A DNA stretch of 64,000 nucleotides from an uncultured Acidobacteriota bacterium (GTDB lineage Bacteria > Acidobacteriota > Thermoanaerobaculia > Multivoradales > UBA5704). The position numbers and the translations under genes are program-made. The DNA is taken from contig CAWCIU010000004.1 in assembly GCA_963795735.1 (NCBI GenBank), forward strand, positions 128,654 through 192,653, written 5' to 3'. Below the pieces are notes generated by a model. It saw only the letters and a program-made list of their open reading frames with translations, was not told the DNA's origin and searched no databases. Shown here one piece after another: positions 18,752 through 27,191 of this stretch (the stretch's first letter is position 1; each line of letters starts with the position of its first letter).

Positions 18752-20473
18752 ATGAAGATGAACAGATCCCCCATCATCCTGCCGACCTTGCTGACGTTCG
18801 CACTCTTCCTGCCGCCCCCCGCCCGGGCCGCCTCCGCGCCGGCGCCTGCCGGCACCGGCGGCGCGGTGGCGGCGGCCGACCCGCTGGCCGTGCAGGCGGG
18901 GCTCGAGAGCCTGCGCGCCGGAGGAAACGCCGTGGACGCCGCGGTGACCACCGCCCTGGTGCTCGCGGTGGTCTATCCGGAGGCGGGCAACCTCGGGGGG
19001 GGTGGGTTCGCGGTGCTGCGGATGGGCGGCGACTTCGCCACGCTCGACTTCCGCGAGACGGCGCCGGCGAAGGCGCGGCGCGACATGTACCTCGACGCCC
19101 AGGGCCAGCCGGTCGAGAACGCCTCGCTGGTGGGGCCGCTCTCCGCCGGCGTGCCCGGCTCGCCCGCCGGCCTCTACGAGCTGCAGCGGCGCTATGGCCG
19201 GCTCCCCTGGGCGCGGGTGGTGGCCCCGGCCCGGCGGCTCGCCGCCGAAGGCTTCCGTGTCGACCGCCACCTCCACGACCTCCTCGGCCTGGAGGAGACC
19301 CGCAAGCTCCTGCAGGGCTTCCCCGAGAGCGCCCGGGTGTGGCTACCGGGCGGCCGGCCGCCGGCGATCGGCAGCCTGCTGCGGCTGCCCGATCTCGCGG
19401 CGACGCTCGACCGCTACGCCGCGCGGGGGCCGCAGGCGATCACCGCCGGCCCGGTCGCCGGCGCGATCGAGCGGGCGTCGGCCGCGCACGGCGGCGTGCT
19501 CACCGCCGCCGACCTCGCCGCCTACCGTCCGGAATGGCGCCCGCCGCTCACCTTCGAAGCCTTCGGCTGGAAGCTCGTCTCGATGCCCCTCCCCTCCTCG
19601 GGAGGGGTCATCCTCGACCAGACGCTCGGCATGCTCGAGCGGCTCGGCTGGGGCAAGCTTCCCCGCTTTGGCGCCGACCGCGACCACCTGCTGGCCGAGG
19701 TCTTGCGGCGCGCCTTCGCCGACCGCTTCCGGCTGGGGGATCCGGCGACCACCGGGGCGACCCCGGCGCAGCTCCTCGCCCCCGCCTGGATCGCCCGGCG
19801 GACGGAGCAGATCGACCCCCGGCGCGCGACGCCGTCCACCGAGGTCAAACCCTGGCCGGGCACCGAAGCGGCTCCGGCCGGCGGCAGCGAGACCACCCAC
19901 CTCTCGGTGGTCGATCGCGACGGCAACCTGGTGGCCCTCACCACCACGCTCAACAACCTCTTCGGCTCCGGGCTGTGGGTGCCGGGAGCGGGGTTCTTCC
20001 TCAACGACGAGATGGACGATTTCACCACCGCTCCGGGCAAACCCAACCTCTTCGGCCTCGTCCAGGGGGAAGCCAACGCCGTGGCCCCGGGCAAGCGGAT
20101 GCTCTCCTCGATGGTCCCGGTCATCGCCTGGAAAGAGAAGGAGGCGTATGCCCTGGGCGGGCGCGGCGGCTCTCGAATCCCTACCAACACCCTCCAGGTG
20201 CTGCTGAACCTATTGGTGGACGGCGACCCCCTGCAGGCCGCGCTCGACCGCCCGCGCCTGCATCACCAGTGGCTTCCCGACCGCGTGGAGGCCGAGCCCG
20301 ACGCCCTCTCGCCCGAGACGCGCGCCGAGCTCGAGCGGCGCGGCCACACGGTCCAGGTCAGCACCAGCACCGCCAAGATCCACGCCGTCCATCTCCTCCC
20401 GGACGGCCGCGTCGAGGCCGCCTCCGACCCGCGAGGCACTGGGATCGGAGGGGTGGTCGACCCGGAACGCTGA
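18752..20473 (+). CDS. ggt: Gamma-glutamyltranspeptidase
   Basis: Signal peptide, GGNAVDAAV, GNLGGGGF and the autoprocessing site SETTHLSVVD. ATG at 18752 follows AAGGAGA. Confidence 0.9.
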   Translation: MKMNRSPIILPTLLTFALFLPPPARAASAPAPAGTGGAVAAADPLAVQAGLESLRAGGNAVDAAVTTALVLAVVYPEAGNLGGGGFAVLRMGGDFATLDFRETAPAKARRDMYLDAQGQPVENASLVGPLSAGVPGSPAGLYELQRRYGRLPWARVVAPARRLAAEGFRVDRHLHDLLGLEETRKLLQGFPESARVWLPGGRPPAIGSLLRLPDLAATLDRYAARGPQAITAGPVAGAIERASAAHGGVLTAADLAAYRPEWRPPLTFEAFGWKLVSMPLPSSGGVILDQTLGMLERLGWGKLPRFGADRDHLLAEVLRRAFADRFRLGDPATTGATPAQLLAPAWIARRTEQIDPRRATPSTEVKPWPGTEAAPAGGSETTHLSVVDRDGNLVALTTTLNNLFGSGLWVPGAGFFLNDEMDDFTTAPGKPNLFGLVQGEANAVAPGKRMLSSMVPVIAWKEKEAYALGGRGGSRIPTNTLQVLLNLLVDGDPLQAALDRPRLHHQWLPDRVEAEPDALSPETRAELERRGHTVQVSTSTAKIHAVHLLPDGRVEAASDPRGTGIGGVVDPER

Positions 20474-20570
20474 CGGCGGCGTAGATTTTTTCGGACAGCC
20501 CGCCCGAGGCTCTCCCAGGGAGCCGGCGCGGCACGCGCTTTGCGGTAGAGCCTGGAGGAGGCTACGCGCC

Positions 20571-21686
20571 ATGCCGCCGAAACCGAATCTCTGGCCCGCC
20601 GCGAGGGCGCTTCTCGCGTTGGCGGCTCTCGCCGCTGCCGCCGCCGCTCAACCGCCGCAGAGGCCGCAAACGTCACCAACGTCGCAGACGTTCACCGGCC
20701 AGCTCGTCGTCCGCGAGCGGGAGATCGTGGTCGACCTCCCCGACAACGTCTCCGGCAAGCCCCTCCGACCAGGGGACTTCCAGGTGCTGGTGGACGGACA
20801 GCCCCGCGAGGTCACGCGAGCGGCGCCGGTCTCCCGGGAGGGCCCCGCGCCCTGGACCTTCCTCATCTACGTCGACCGCGTCCTGGCGAGCTCCGGCACC
20901 GCCTTCTACTCGGAGCTAGCCCTTGCCGAGCACGCCGGGGACCTGGCCCGCCTGGGTATGGTCGAGGTGGCCGTCGCCCGCTCCGACCCCGGCACCCGGC
21001 TCTCCCCCACCCGGGAGGCGCGGAAGATCGGGCAGACGCTCGCCGGGCTGGCCGGCGCCGACCGGCTCGAACGGGACCGCGGCCGCGGCGCGGAGCCCCA
21101 ACCGCCTTCCGACGTCCAGGTCCGCCGGCAGCTCGAAAAGCTGCTCGCCTTCGTCGCCTCCCGCCGTCCCTCGGGGCCGCGCGTCCTTTTTCTGGTGGCC
21201 GACGGCGCCGACCTGGCGACGGAGGCCCGCAGCGCCGCCTTTCACCGTGCCGCGGACCTCCTCGCGGCTCGCGGATGGATCGCCGTCCCGATGGCGGTGC
21301 GCCCGGACAACCCGGGGGCTCCGGTCGCTCCCCGGGCGGAAATCGACCTCTTTCGCGAAGGAGCGGGCCCGTCGGGCCACACGATCAGCCCGCCGCCGGT
21401 CTTCCATGCCCACGGGCAGAAGCGGTCGGCGCTCGCCTACCCCCGCGTGATCGACCTCTTCACCGATCCCAAGATGGCTACCCTCCATGTCCTCAGCTCG
21501 ACCACGGCGGGCGCGATGATCGGCTATGGCGTCCAGCTTCCCGCGCTTCTCGCGGAGCTGCCGCGCCGCTGGATGATCTCGATCGCCGAGCCGGATTCGC
21601 CGCCCGTGGAAGGCCGCCTGCACACCCTCGCGGTGAGACTCCCCGGACGGAAGACGGAAGCGCGGGCGCCCGCCTGGCTGCCCTAG
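20571..21686 (+). CDS. Secreted VWFA-related (acidobacterial-type) domain protein
   Basis: Signal peptide followed by ...VVDLPDNVSGKPLRPGDFQVLVDGQPREV..., a pattern typical of the VWFA-related acidobacterial domain family (recalled, not searched). Confidence 0.45.
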   Translation: MPPKPNLWPAARALLALAALAAAAAAQPPQRPQTSPTSQTFTGQLVVREREIVVDLPDNVSGKPLRPGDFQVLVDGQPREVTRAAPVSREGPAPWTFLIYVDRVLASSGTAFYSELALAEHAGDLARLGMVEVAVARSDPGTRLSPTREARKIGQTLAGLAGADRLERDRGRGAEPQPPSDVQVRRQLEKLLAFVASRRPSGPRVLFLVADGADLATEARSAAFHRAADLLAARGWIAVPMAVRPDNPGAPVAPRAEIDLFREGAGPSGHTISPPPVFHAHGQKRSALAYPRVIDLFTDPKMATLHVLSSTTAGAMIGYGVQLPALLAELPRRWMISIAEPDSPPVEGRLHTLAVRLPGRKTEARAPAWLP

Positions 21687-24600
21687 CCGGCGGCCCGCAG
21701 CTCTTCGGCCGCCTGGTCGAGGACCACGCGCAGGGTCTCTCCCAGGGTCTGCGGAGAGAACGGCTTCTGCAGGCAGACCGGTGACCCCGGTCCGCCGTCG
21801 GAGAGCTGCTCGTCGTTGTAGCCCGACATGAAGACGATCCGGGTCAGGGGACGCTCGGCGCGCAGCCGCTGGGCGAGCTCCGTCCCCTTCATCTCCGGCA
21901 TCGTGACGTCGGTCAGCAGCAGGTGGACGGCGCCGCGGTGGAGGCGCGAGATGACCAGCGCCTCCTCGCCGGACCCCGCCTGGAGCACCCGGTACCCCCG
22001 GCTGACCAGGATCTGGTGGAGCACCGTCCGCACCTCGTCCTCGTCCTCCACCAGCAGGACCGTCTCCGAGCCGCGGTCCGAGATGCCGGCCGGCACGCCG
22101 GCCCGCACCCCCTCGATCTCGCGGGTGACCGGCAGGTAGATCGAAAAGCAGGCCCCCTGCTCCGGCGCGCTGTTGACGAAGATCTGGCCGCCGCTCTGGC
22201 GGACGATGCCGTAGGCGGTCGAGAGGCCCAGCCCCGTTCCCTCGCCCTTGGTGCTGAAGAAAGGCTCGAAGACGCGCGCCTGGGTGACGGCGTCCATGCC
22301 GGCGCCGGTGTCGGTCACGGTCAGCAGGACGTAGGACCCCGGCGGCACGTCGTCATGGGGCGCGGGGTGGTCGAACGTGACCTCCAGCGGCACGGTGCGC
22401 AGGATCAGGCGCCCCCCGGCGGGCATGGCATGGCGGGCGTTCACGGCGAGGTTGACGATGACCTGCTCGAGCTGCCCGGGATCGATCTTGACCTTGCCGA
22501 GCTCCGGGTGGAGGTTGGCGCCCAGGTGGATGTCCTCGCCGAGGAGCCGCTGGAGCATCTTCTCGAGCCCCGTGACCACCCCGTTCAGATTCATCACCCG
22601 GGTCTCCATCGGCTGCCGGCGGGCGAAGGCGAGGAGCTGCTTGGTGAGGGCGGCCGCCCGCTGGCCCGCCTCCTTGATCCCGGTTAGGTTGCGGGAGAGG
22701 AACGGGTCCTCCTGGTAGTGCTCGAGCAGCAGGTCGCTATAGCCGAAGATGGCGAGCAGGCAGTTGTTGAAGTCGTGGGCGACGCCGGCCGAGAGGCGGC
22801 CGATGGCCTCCATCTTCTGCGAGTGCAGGAGCTGGCGCTGGAGCGTCTTGTTCTCGGCCTCGTCGCGCTTGCGCTGGGCGATGTCGCGGATGGCGACCAC
22901 CGAGACCTCCTCGCCCTGGAAGAGATAGCGTTTGCCGGCGATCTCGATGTCGACCGTCGCGCCGTCCCGCTGGAAGCCGACGCTCTCCCGCGGCACCCCC
23001 TCGAGATCGACCTCGTCGGCGACCAGGTCGGAGAGCCGGCGGCCGAGGAGCTCGTCGGGCGGGCAGCCGAAGATCGTGAGGAGCGCCTGATTGACCTCCA
23101 GCACCACGCCGTTGCGGACGATGGCGATCCCCTCGAGGGTGGCCTCGAACAGGGTGCGGAAGCGCTCCTCGCTGCGCCGGATCTCCTCCTCGGCCGCCTT
23201 GCGCTGGGCGATCTCCTGCTGCGCCTTTTCGTAGAGGCGGACGTTCTCCGCCATCGGGGCGATCTGGTTGGCGACCGTCGACAGCAGGCGGATGTCGCTG
23301 GTCGGGAAGAAATCGTCCGGATCGCGCCGGCCGATCAGCCAGACGCCGACCGTCTGGGCCTGGAGGACCAGCGGGATCACCAGCCGCACCCAGGAGAGGG
23401 CGGGGTCGCCGGGGCCCTGCCCCAGGTAGCGGCCGCTCTGGGCGAGCAGCACCTGGAGGGTCTCCCGCGTCGGCTCCGCCGCGCCGGCCGGCACGGCCTG
23501 CTCGTAGAGGGTCTCCTTGCGCCCCTCCTCCAGCAGGTAGAGCGCCGACTGGCGGATCAGCAGGGTGGGCAGGATCTCCTCGGCGACGACGCGCCCCAGG
23601 GCCTCGCGGTCGAAGGCGGTGGGGATGCGCTCCGAGACGATGCCGATCACCTCCTCCGGCGAGTGCTTGATGCCGAAGACGTAGCGGTCCACCAGCGCCT
23701 GGAACCGGTCGCGCAGGAGCGGCACGGCCGCCATGTACACCAGCGAAACCGCCAGCAGGGTGGCCAGGAAGTCGACGCTGATGGTCTTCCAGTGGCTGCA
23801 GATGGCGAAGAAGACGATCGTGTACGACGAGAACAGGAGCGCCGAGAAGGTGTAGGTGCCCAGGAAGCGGTTGGCCCGCAGCTCCAGCGCGCCGAGATGG
23901 TGCTTGTAGATGGCGTAGATGTAGCTCATCGGCAGGATCGGGATCGACGCCGCCGAGATGCCCAGCATGAAGGGATAGAACGGCCGGAAGTCCTTCCCCT
24001 CCAGGGCCATGTGCCGGAACCAGACGAGCAGCACGCCGTGGAACACCACGAACGGCACCAGCCCCAGGGTGACGCCATACAGCATGATGCGCACGGCGAC
24101 CTTGGTCGCCGGATCGACCGGCAGAAAGAGACGGACGAGGAGCAGACCCACGGAGAGCAGGACGGCCGCCGCGGTGTACCAGACGAACAGATAGCCGAGC
24201 TTCTGGAGCAGCAGCAGGGAATCAAGGAACGTCAGGACCAGGGCCGCGGCGTAGAAGAAGGCCTGCACCCCCCGTTGCAGCCGTCTCCCCAGCAGATCGC
24301 TGGGCAGGATCGTATGGAGGTGGACCGCCAGTGGCAGGAAGAACCAGATCGCGACGTGGAAGACGTAGGACGCGTAGCTCGTCCGCGCCGCGAACCCCGA
24401 CGCGATCCACAGCGCGGTCACATAGCTGAAGAGGATCAGCACCAGCCAGCGCTCGTCGCGGGGGCGCAGGAAGATGATGACGATCGTTCCCATCAGCCAG
24501 AAGATGATCGGCGCGAATATGGAGTAGAGCAGCTGCGAGATCTCCACGCGCTCCGCCCGGACGCGGATGACGCGATCGAGCAACTGCCCCCTCCGGATCA

Positions 24601-24907
24601 GCCGCACCGGCGCGACGCCCCGGGCGTCGAACAGATCGGGGACCGACAGCCGGCGGTCGCGCATGAATTGCTGGTAATCGACCCCCGCGATCGAGAGGAC
24701 CTCGTCGCCGACCTCGAGACAGGTCTGGGGCGGCCCCTCGCAGGGAGGGGCGGAGACGACCTTCCAGTCGGAAGCGCTCAGGGTGAAGCCGAGATCGGGG
24801 AAGGAAGAGACGTAGGAGTAGAACAGACAGGGCAGCAGGACGAGCAGGGAGACGAGGACCAGGAAGAGGTCCAGGGTCTTCCAGGAGGAGGAATTCCGGG
24901 CATCCAT
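21683..24907 (-). CDS. Hybrid sensor histidine kinase with polytopic (about 10-11 TM) sensor, PDZ-like loop, GAF, PAS, HisKA, HATPase and REC
   Basis: TM1 followed by LEVGDEVLSIAGVD (PDZ-like), then many TM helices. Also a PAS region (ERFRTLFEATLEGI), H-box GVAHDFNN, a G-box and a C-terminal receiver (LLLTDVTMPEM). Start chosen at the ATG at 24907. Confidence 0.85.
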   Translation of the reverse strand: MDARNSSSWKTLDLFLVLVSLLVLLPCLFYSYVSSFPDLGFTLSASDWKVVSAPPCEGPPQTCLEVGDEVLSIAGVDYQQFMRDRRLSVPDLFDARGVAPVRLIRRGQLLDRVIRVRAERVEISQLLYSIFAPIIFWLMGTIVIIFLRPRDERWLVLILFSYVTALWIASGFAARTSYASYVFHVAIWFFLPLAVHLHTILPSDLLGRRLQRGVQAFFYAAALVLTFLDSLLLLQKLGYLFVWYTAAAVLLSVGLLLVRLFLPVDPATKVAVRIMLYGVTLGLVPFVVFHGVLLVWFRHMALEGKDFRPFYPFMLGISAASIPILPMSYIYAIYKHHLGALELRANRFLGTYTFSALLFSSYTIVFFAICSHWKTISVDFLATLLAVSLVYMAAVPLLRDRFQALVDRYVFGIKHSPEEVIGIVSERIPTAFDREALGRVVAEEILPTLLIRQSALYLLEEGRKETLYEQAVPAGAAEPTRETLQVLLAQSGRYLGQGPGDPALSWVRLVIPLVLQAQTVGVWLIGRRDPDDFFPTSDIRLLSTVANQIAPMAENVRLYEKAQQEIAQRKAAEEEIRRSEERFRTLFEATLEGIAIVRNGVVLEVNQALLTIFGCPPDELLGRRLSDLVADEVDLEGVPRESVGFQRDGATVDIEIAGKRYLFQGEEVSVVAIRDIAQRKRDEAENKTLQRQLLHSQKMEAIGRLSAGVAHDFNNCLLAIFGYSDLLLEHYQEDPFLSRNLTGIKEAGQRAAALTKQLLAFARRQPMETRVMNLNGVVTGLEKMLQRLLGEDIHLGANLHPELGKVKIDPGQLEQVIVNLAVNARHAMPAGGRLILRTVPLEVTFDHPAPHDDVPPGSYVLLTVTDTGAGMDAVTQARVFEPFFSTKGEGTGLGLSTAYGIVRQSGGQIFVNSAPEQGACFSIYLPVTREIEGVRAGVPAGISDRGSETVLLVEDEDEVRTVLHQILVSRGYRVLQAGSGEEALVISRLHRGAVHLLLTDVTMPEMKGTELAQRLRAERPLTRIVFMSGYNDEQLSDGGPGSPVCLQKPFSPQTLGETLRVVLDQAAEELRAAG

Positions 24908-25150
24908 GATCGTCGATCGTCGAAGGACAAAACGCGTCGAAGGGCGGAACGCCAGCGGCGCGCTCCATCGCGCCCCTTGCCGCGCCATCTCCTTGAAACC
25001 GCGATTCGCTGCGCCTTTATAGCAGGCTTGGCCGGCTGCGGTCCAGCCGGAAGACGGCGTAACGGCCGCCAGCCCCCGGGAAAAAGCCCGGGGGCCGCGC
25101 GGACACTGACAGGGAGACCGTGAGGACCGGGCCCGACCGCCGACGGGCGG

Positions 25151-25342
25151 TCAAGCGTTCGCGATCCTGAGGTTCGAGCCGCCGGCATCGTCGGCCGGCG
25201 GCCACTCCATCCAGCCGGACGGCGAGGCGTCCTGCACCGCCTTCAGGTCGAGCCCTCCCAGCCGGTGCAGAATCTCGAACAGGAAAGTCTTTTCGTTCTT
25301 GGCCGCGAAACGGGACACGAATTCAGTCATTGACATGATCAT
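25151..25342 (-). CDS. Short ORF A: candidate ComX-like precursor peptide (W-x-x-WPP motif)
   Basis: 59-63 aa; three in-frame ATGs at 25342/25336/25330 lie just after GGAGGG. Paralogous to ORF B (shared F.S...E..LF..L..L ... W..WPP..D.GS). Same strand as the flanking enzyme and kinase. Confidence 0.55.
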   Translation of the reverse strand: MIMSMTEFVSRFAAKNEKTFLFEILHRLGGLDLKAVQDASPSGWMEWPPADDAGGSNLRIANA

Positions 25343-25668
25343 CCCTCCTACGGGGAAAGTTCAAACCTTTCAAGGCTTGAGGGTTCGATTCGAGAAGAAC
25401 GGGACGGGAGGAGGCCTTGGGGGGGCCGCGCGCGGAGGTCCGCCCGGCGGGGATGGCCCCTGCCGCGGGCGGCACGGAATCGTGGATGTCGCGGGGCGAA
25501 GAGATCGGGACCGCAGGAAGATTCTCGCTCGGCCAGGGCGGCCGGAGGACCTTGACTGCGCTGCTCAACGTACCGAAGCAGAACGTGAGCATTTCAACTC
25601 CCTCGAGCGTCTTCCGGTATCCCCGGGCGGACGCTGCAAGTATACGCCGCGATGAAAAACCGGACCTC

Positions 25669-26622
25669 TCAGCGCAATACCAGCGCCATGGGATCCTCGA
25701 CGCCGACCTTCTCCAGCAACCGGTACAACGGCTGCGTATGGATCTCGAGCAGACGCTCGATCGGTTCCGGATTGCGGAGCGGAACGCGGGCGAACAATTC
25801 CCGCAGCTCTCGCGAAAATTCGATCAATTTCAACGTGCAATAACTGACCGCGCCGCTGCGGAACAGGATCTTCTGCGCCTCGGCGAGCGCCTCCGGGTCC
25901 TCGGTCCGCGCCGACAGGTGGAGAAAGTCCTCCCGGTCGGCGTGCTCGGCGGTCATCGCGTACAGCAGCGGCAGGCTGTTGGAGCGCCGCTGCCAGTCCG
26001 CGCGCGCCGGCGTCTCGAGCGCGTCCGTGAGATCGTCGCTGACCTGGATGAAGAGGCCCAGGATCCGCCCCAGACGCGCCAGGTGATCCGCCGTTCCAGG
26101 CGAGGCGCCGCCGAGCAGAGCGCCCATGCGCAGCGCCTCGCCGAACAGCGGCGGCGTCTTGGTCTCCACTACCCGCCAGTATTCCTGCTCGCTCGCCAGC
26201 TCCCGCGCGTCGAGGTTCTGCCCATAGCAGGTCGCGAGCGACATCTTGGCGAAGCTCGCCTGCAGCGCCGCGCGGATCTCCGCGGAGGCATCGGCCTGCT
26301 CGAGCAGCAGATGACCCGCGGCCTGGAAGGCCAGCCCCAGGTTCGCCGCCGGTCCGATTCCCAGCACCCGGTAATCGCCCCGGGGATCGTCGTCCAGCAT
26401 GTCGTCGACCAGATGGATGCTGATCACCGAGCAGAATACGGCCGCCGCCGCCGGCAGGGCCGCCGCTTCGCCGCCGCCGACCGCCAGGCAGGCGGAAATC
26501 GGATGCTCCCAGACCGAGAGCGACTCCTTGTGGACCATCCGTTCGACCAATCCGAGCATCTGTGGCCAGGAGGCGACAATCTCGAGATTGCGGACCCGGG
26601 ATTTCAATTCATCGAATTGCAT
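25669..26622 (-). CDS. Polyprenyl synthetase-fold protein (ComQ-like candidate peptide prenyltransferase)
   Basis: 317 aa from the ATG at 26622 (RBS GAGGAG). Both Asp-rich motifs are present: HLVDDMLDDD and QVSDDLTD. All-helical isoprenyl diphosphate synthase pattern. Confidence 0.75.
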   Translation of the reverse strand: MQFDELKSRVRNLEIVASWPQMLGLVERMVHKESLSVWEHPISACLAVGGGEAAALPAAAAVFCSVISIHLVDDMLDDDPRGDYRVLGIGPAANLGLAFQAAGHLLLEQADASAEIRAALQASFAKMSLATCYGQNLDARELASEQEYWRVVETKTPPLFGEALRMGALLGGASPGTADHLARLGRILGLFIQVSDDLTDALETPARADWQRRSNSLPLLYAMTAEHADREDFLHLSARTEDPEALAEAQKILFRSGAVSYCTLKLIEFSRELRELFARVPLRNPEPIERLLEIHTQPLYRLLEKVGVEDPMALVLR

Positions 26623-26748
26623 CGCAAACAACTCCTCTTTGCGAAACCTTTCAGATCGGACCCGGGGTTCGGCCCCGGGTCCGGACACTGCTTCAGGATC
26701 GGCACGAAATGATCAAGCAGATTTCATGCCTGCAAAAGCACCCTCTCT

Positions 26749-26937
26749 TCAGGCGTGCACGGCGACGAGCGAGCCGTCGCCACCCGGCGGCCAGGAGCCC
26801 CAGTCCACGTCGATCGTCACATCGCCGCTCGACATGAACTGGACATCCTCGACCAGGCTCAAGGTGCGCAGCGCCTGAAAGAGGTGACCCTCTTCGCTGC
26901 CGGACGTGAGCTTCGAATGAAAATCATGAATGTGCAT
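26749..26937 (-). CDS. Short ORF B: candidate ComX-like precursor peptide (W-x-x-WPP motif)
   Basis: 62 aa with RBS GGGAGAG 8 nt upstream of the ATG. Paralogue of ORF A, with C-terminal DVDWGSWPPGGDGS. Confidence 0.55.
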   Translation of the reverse strand: MHIHDFHSKLTSGSEEGHLFQALRTLSLVEDVQFMSSGDVTIDVDWGSWPPGGDGSLVAVHA

Positions 26938-27191
26938 TGGCGTAGCTCTCCCTCTGGAGGGACGCAGATCCCTCCGTCAAACGGTTAGTTGGTTTAAACA
27001 GAAAACAACAAGAGAAGGACGGTGTCGGAACCGTCAGGTGAGGCAGGCTGTCATGTAAAACCCCCCATCGAAATTAAAGAAAACAACATAACGGAAACGC
27101 AGGAGCGTGCACGTCCGTGCTCTCTAGTGTGACCAGACGAAGAGAGCGGGACAGCGACCTGCCGGTTTCCGGATCGAACTTGAAATTTCCG

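Noticed and set aside
25323-25592. 89-aa minus-strand ORF in the ComQ-like/ORF A spacer (contains PPWPSE).
   Set aside because: It overlaps the start of ORF A out of frame, has no RBS, has a Pro/Ala/Ser-rich shadow-like composition and shows no paralogy to ORFs A or B beyond a chance WP.
27121-27134. CTAGTGTGACC, resembling the IS630 terminal repeat CTAGTGTAGTGGGTC, about 60 bp left of the IS.
   Set aside because: Only about 8 contiguous matching bases and no partner repeat. This is too short to call a solo IR or MITE.
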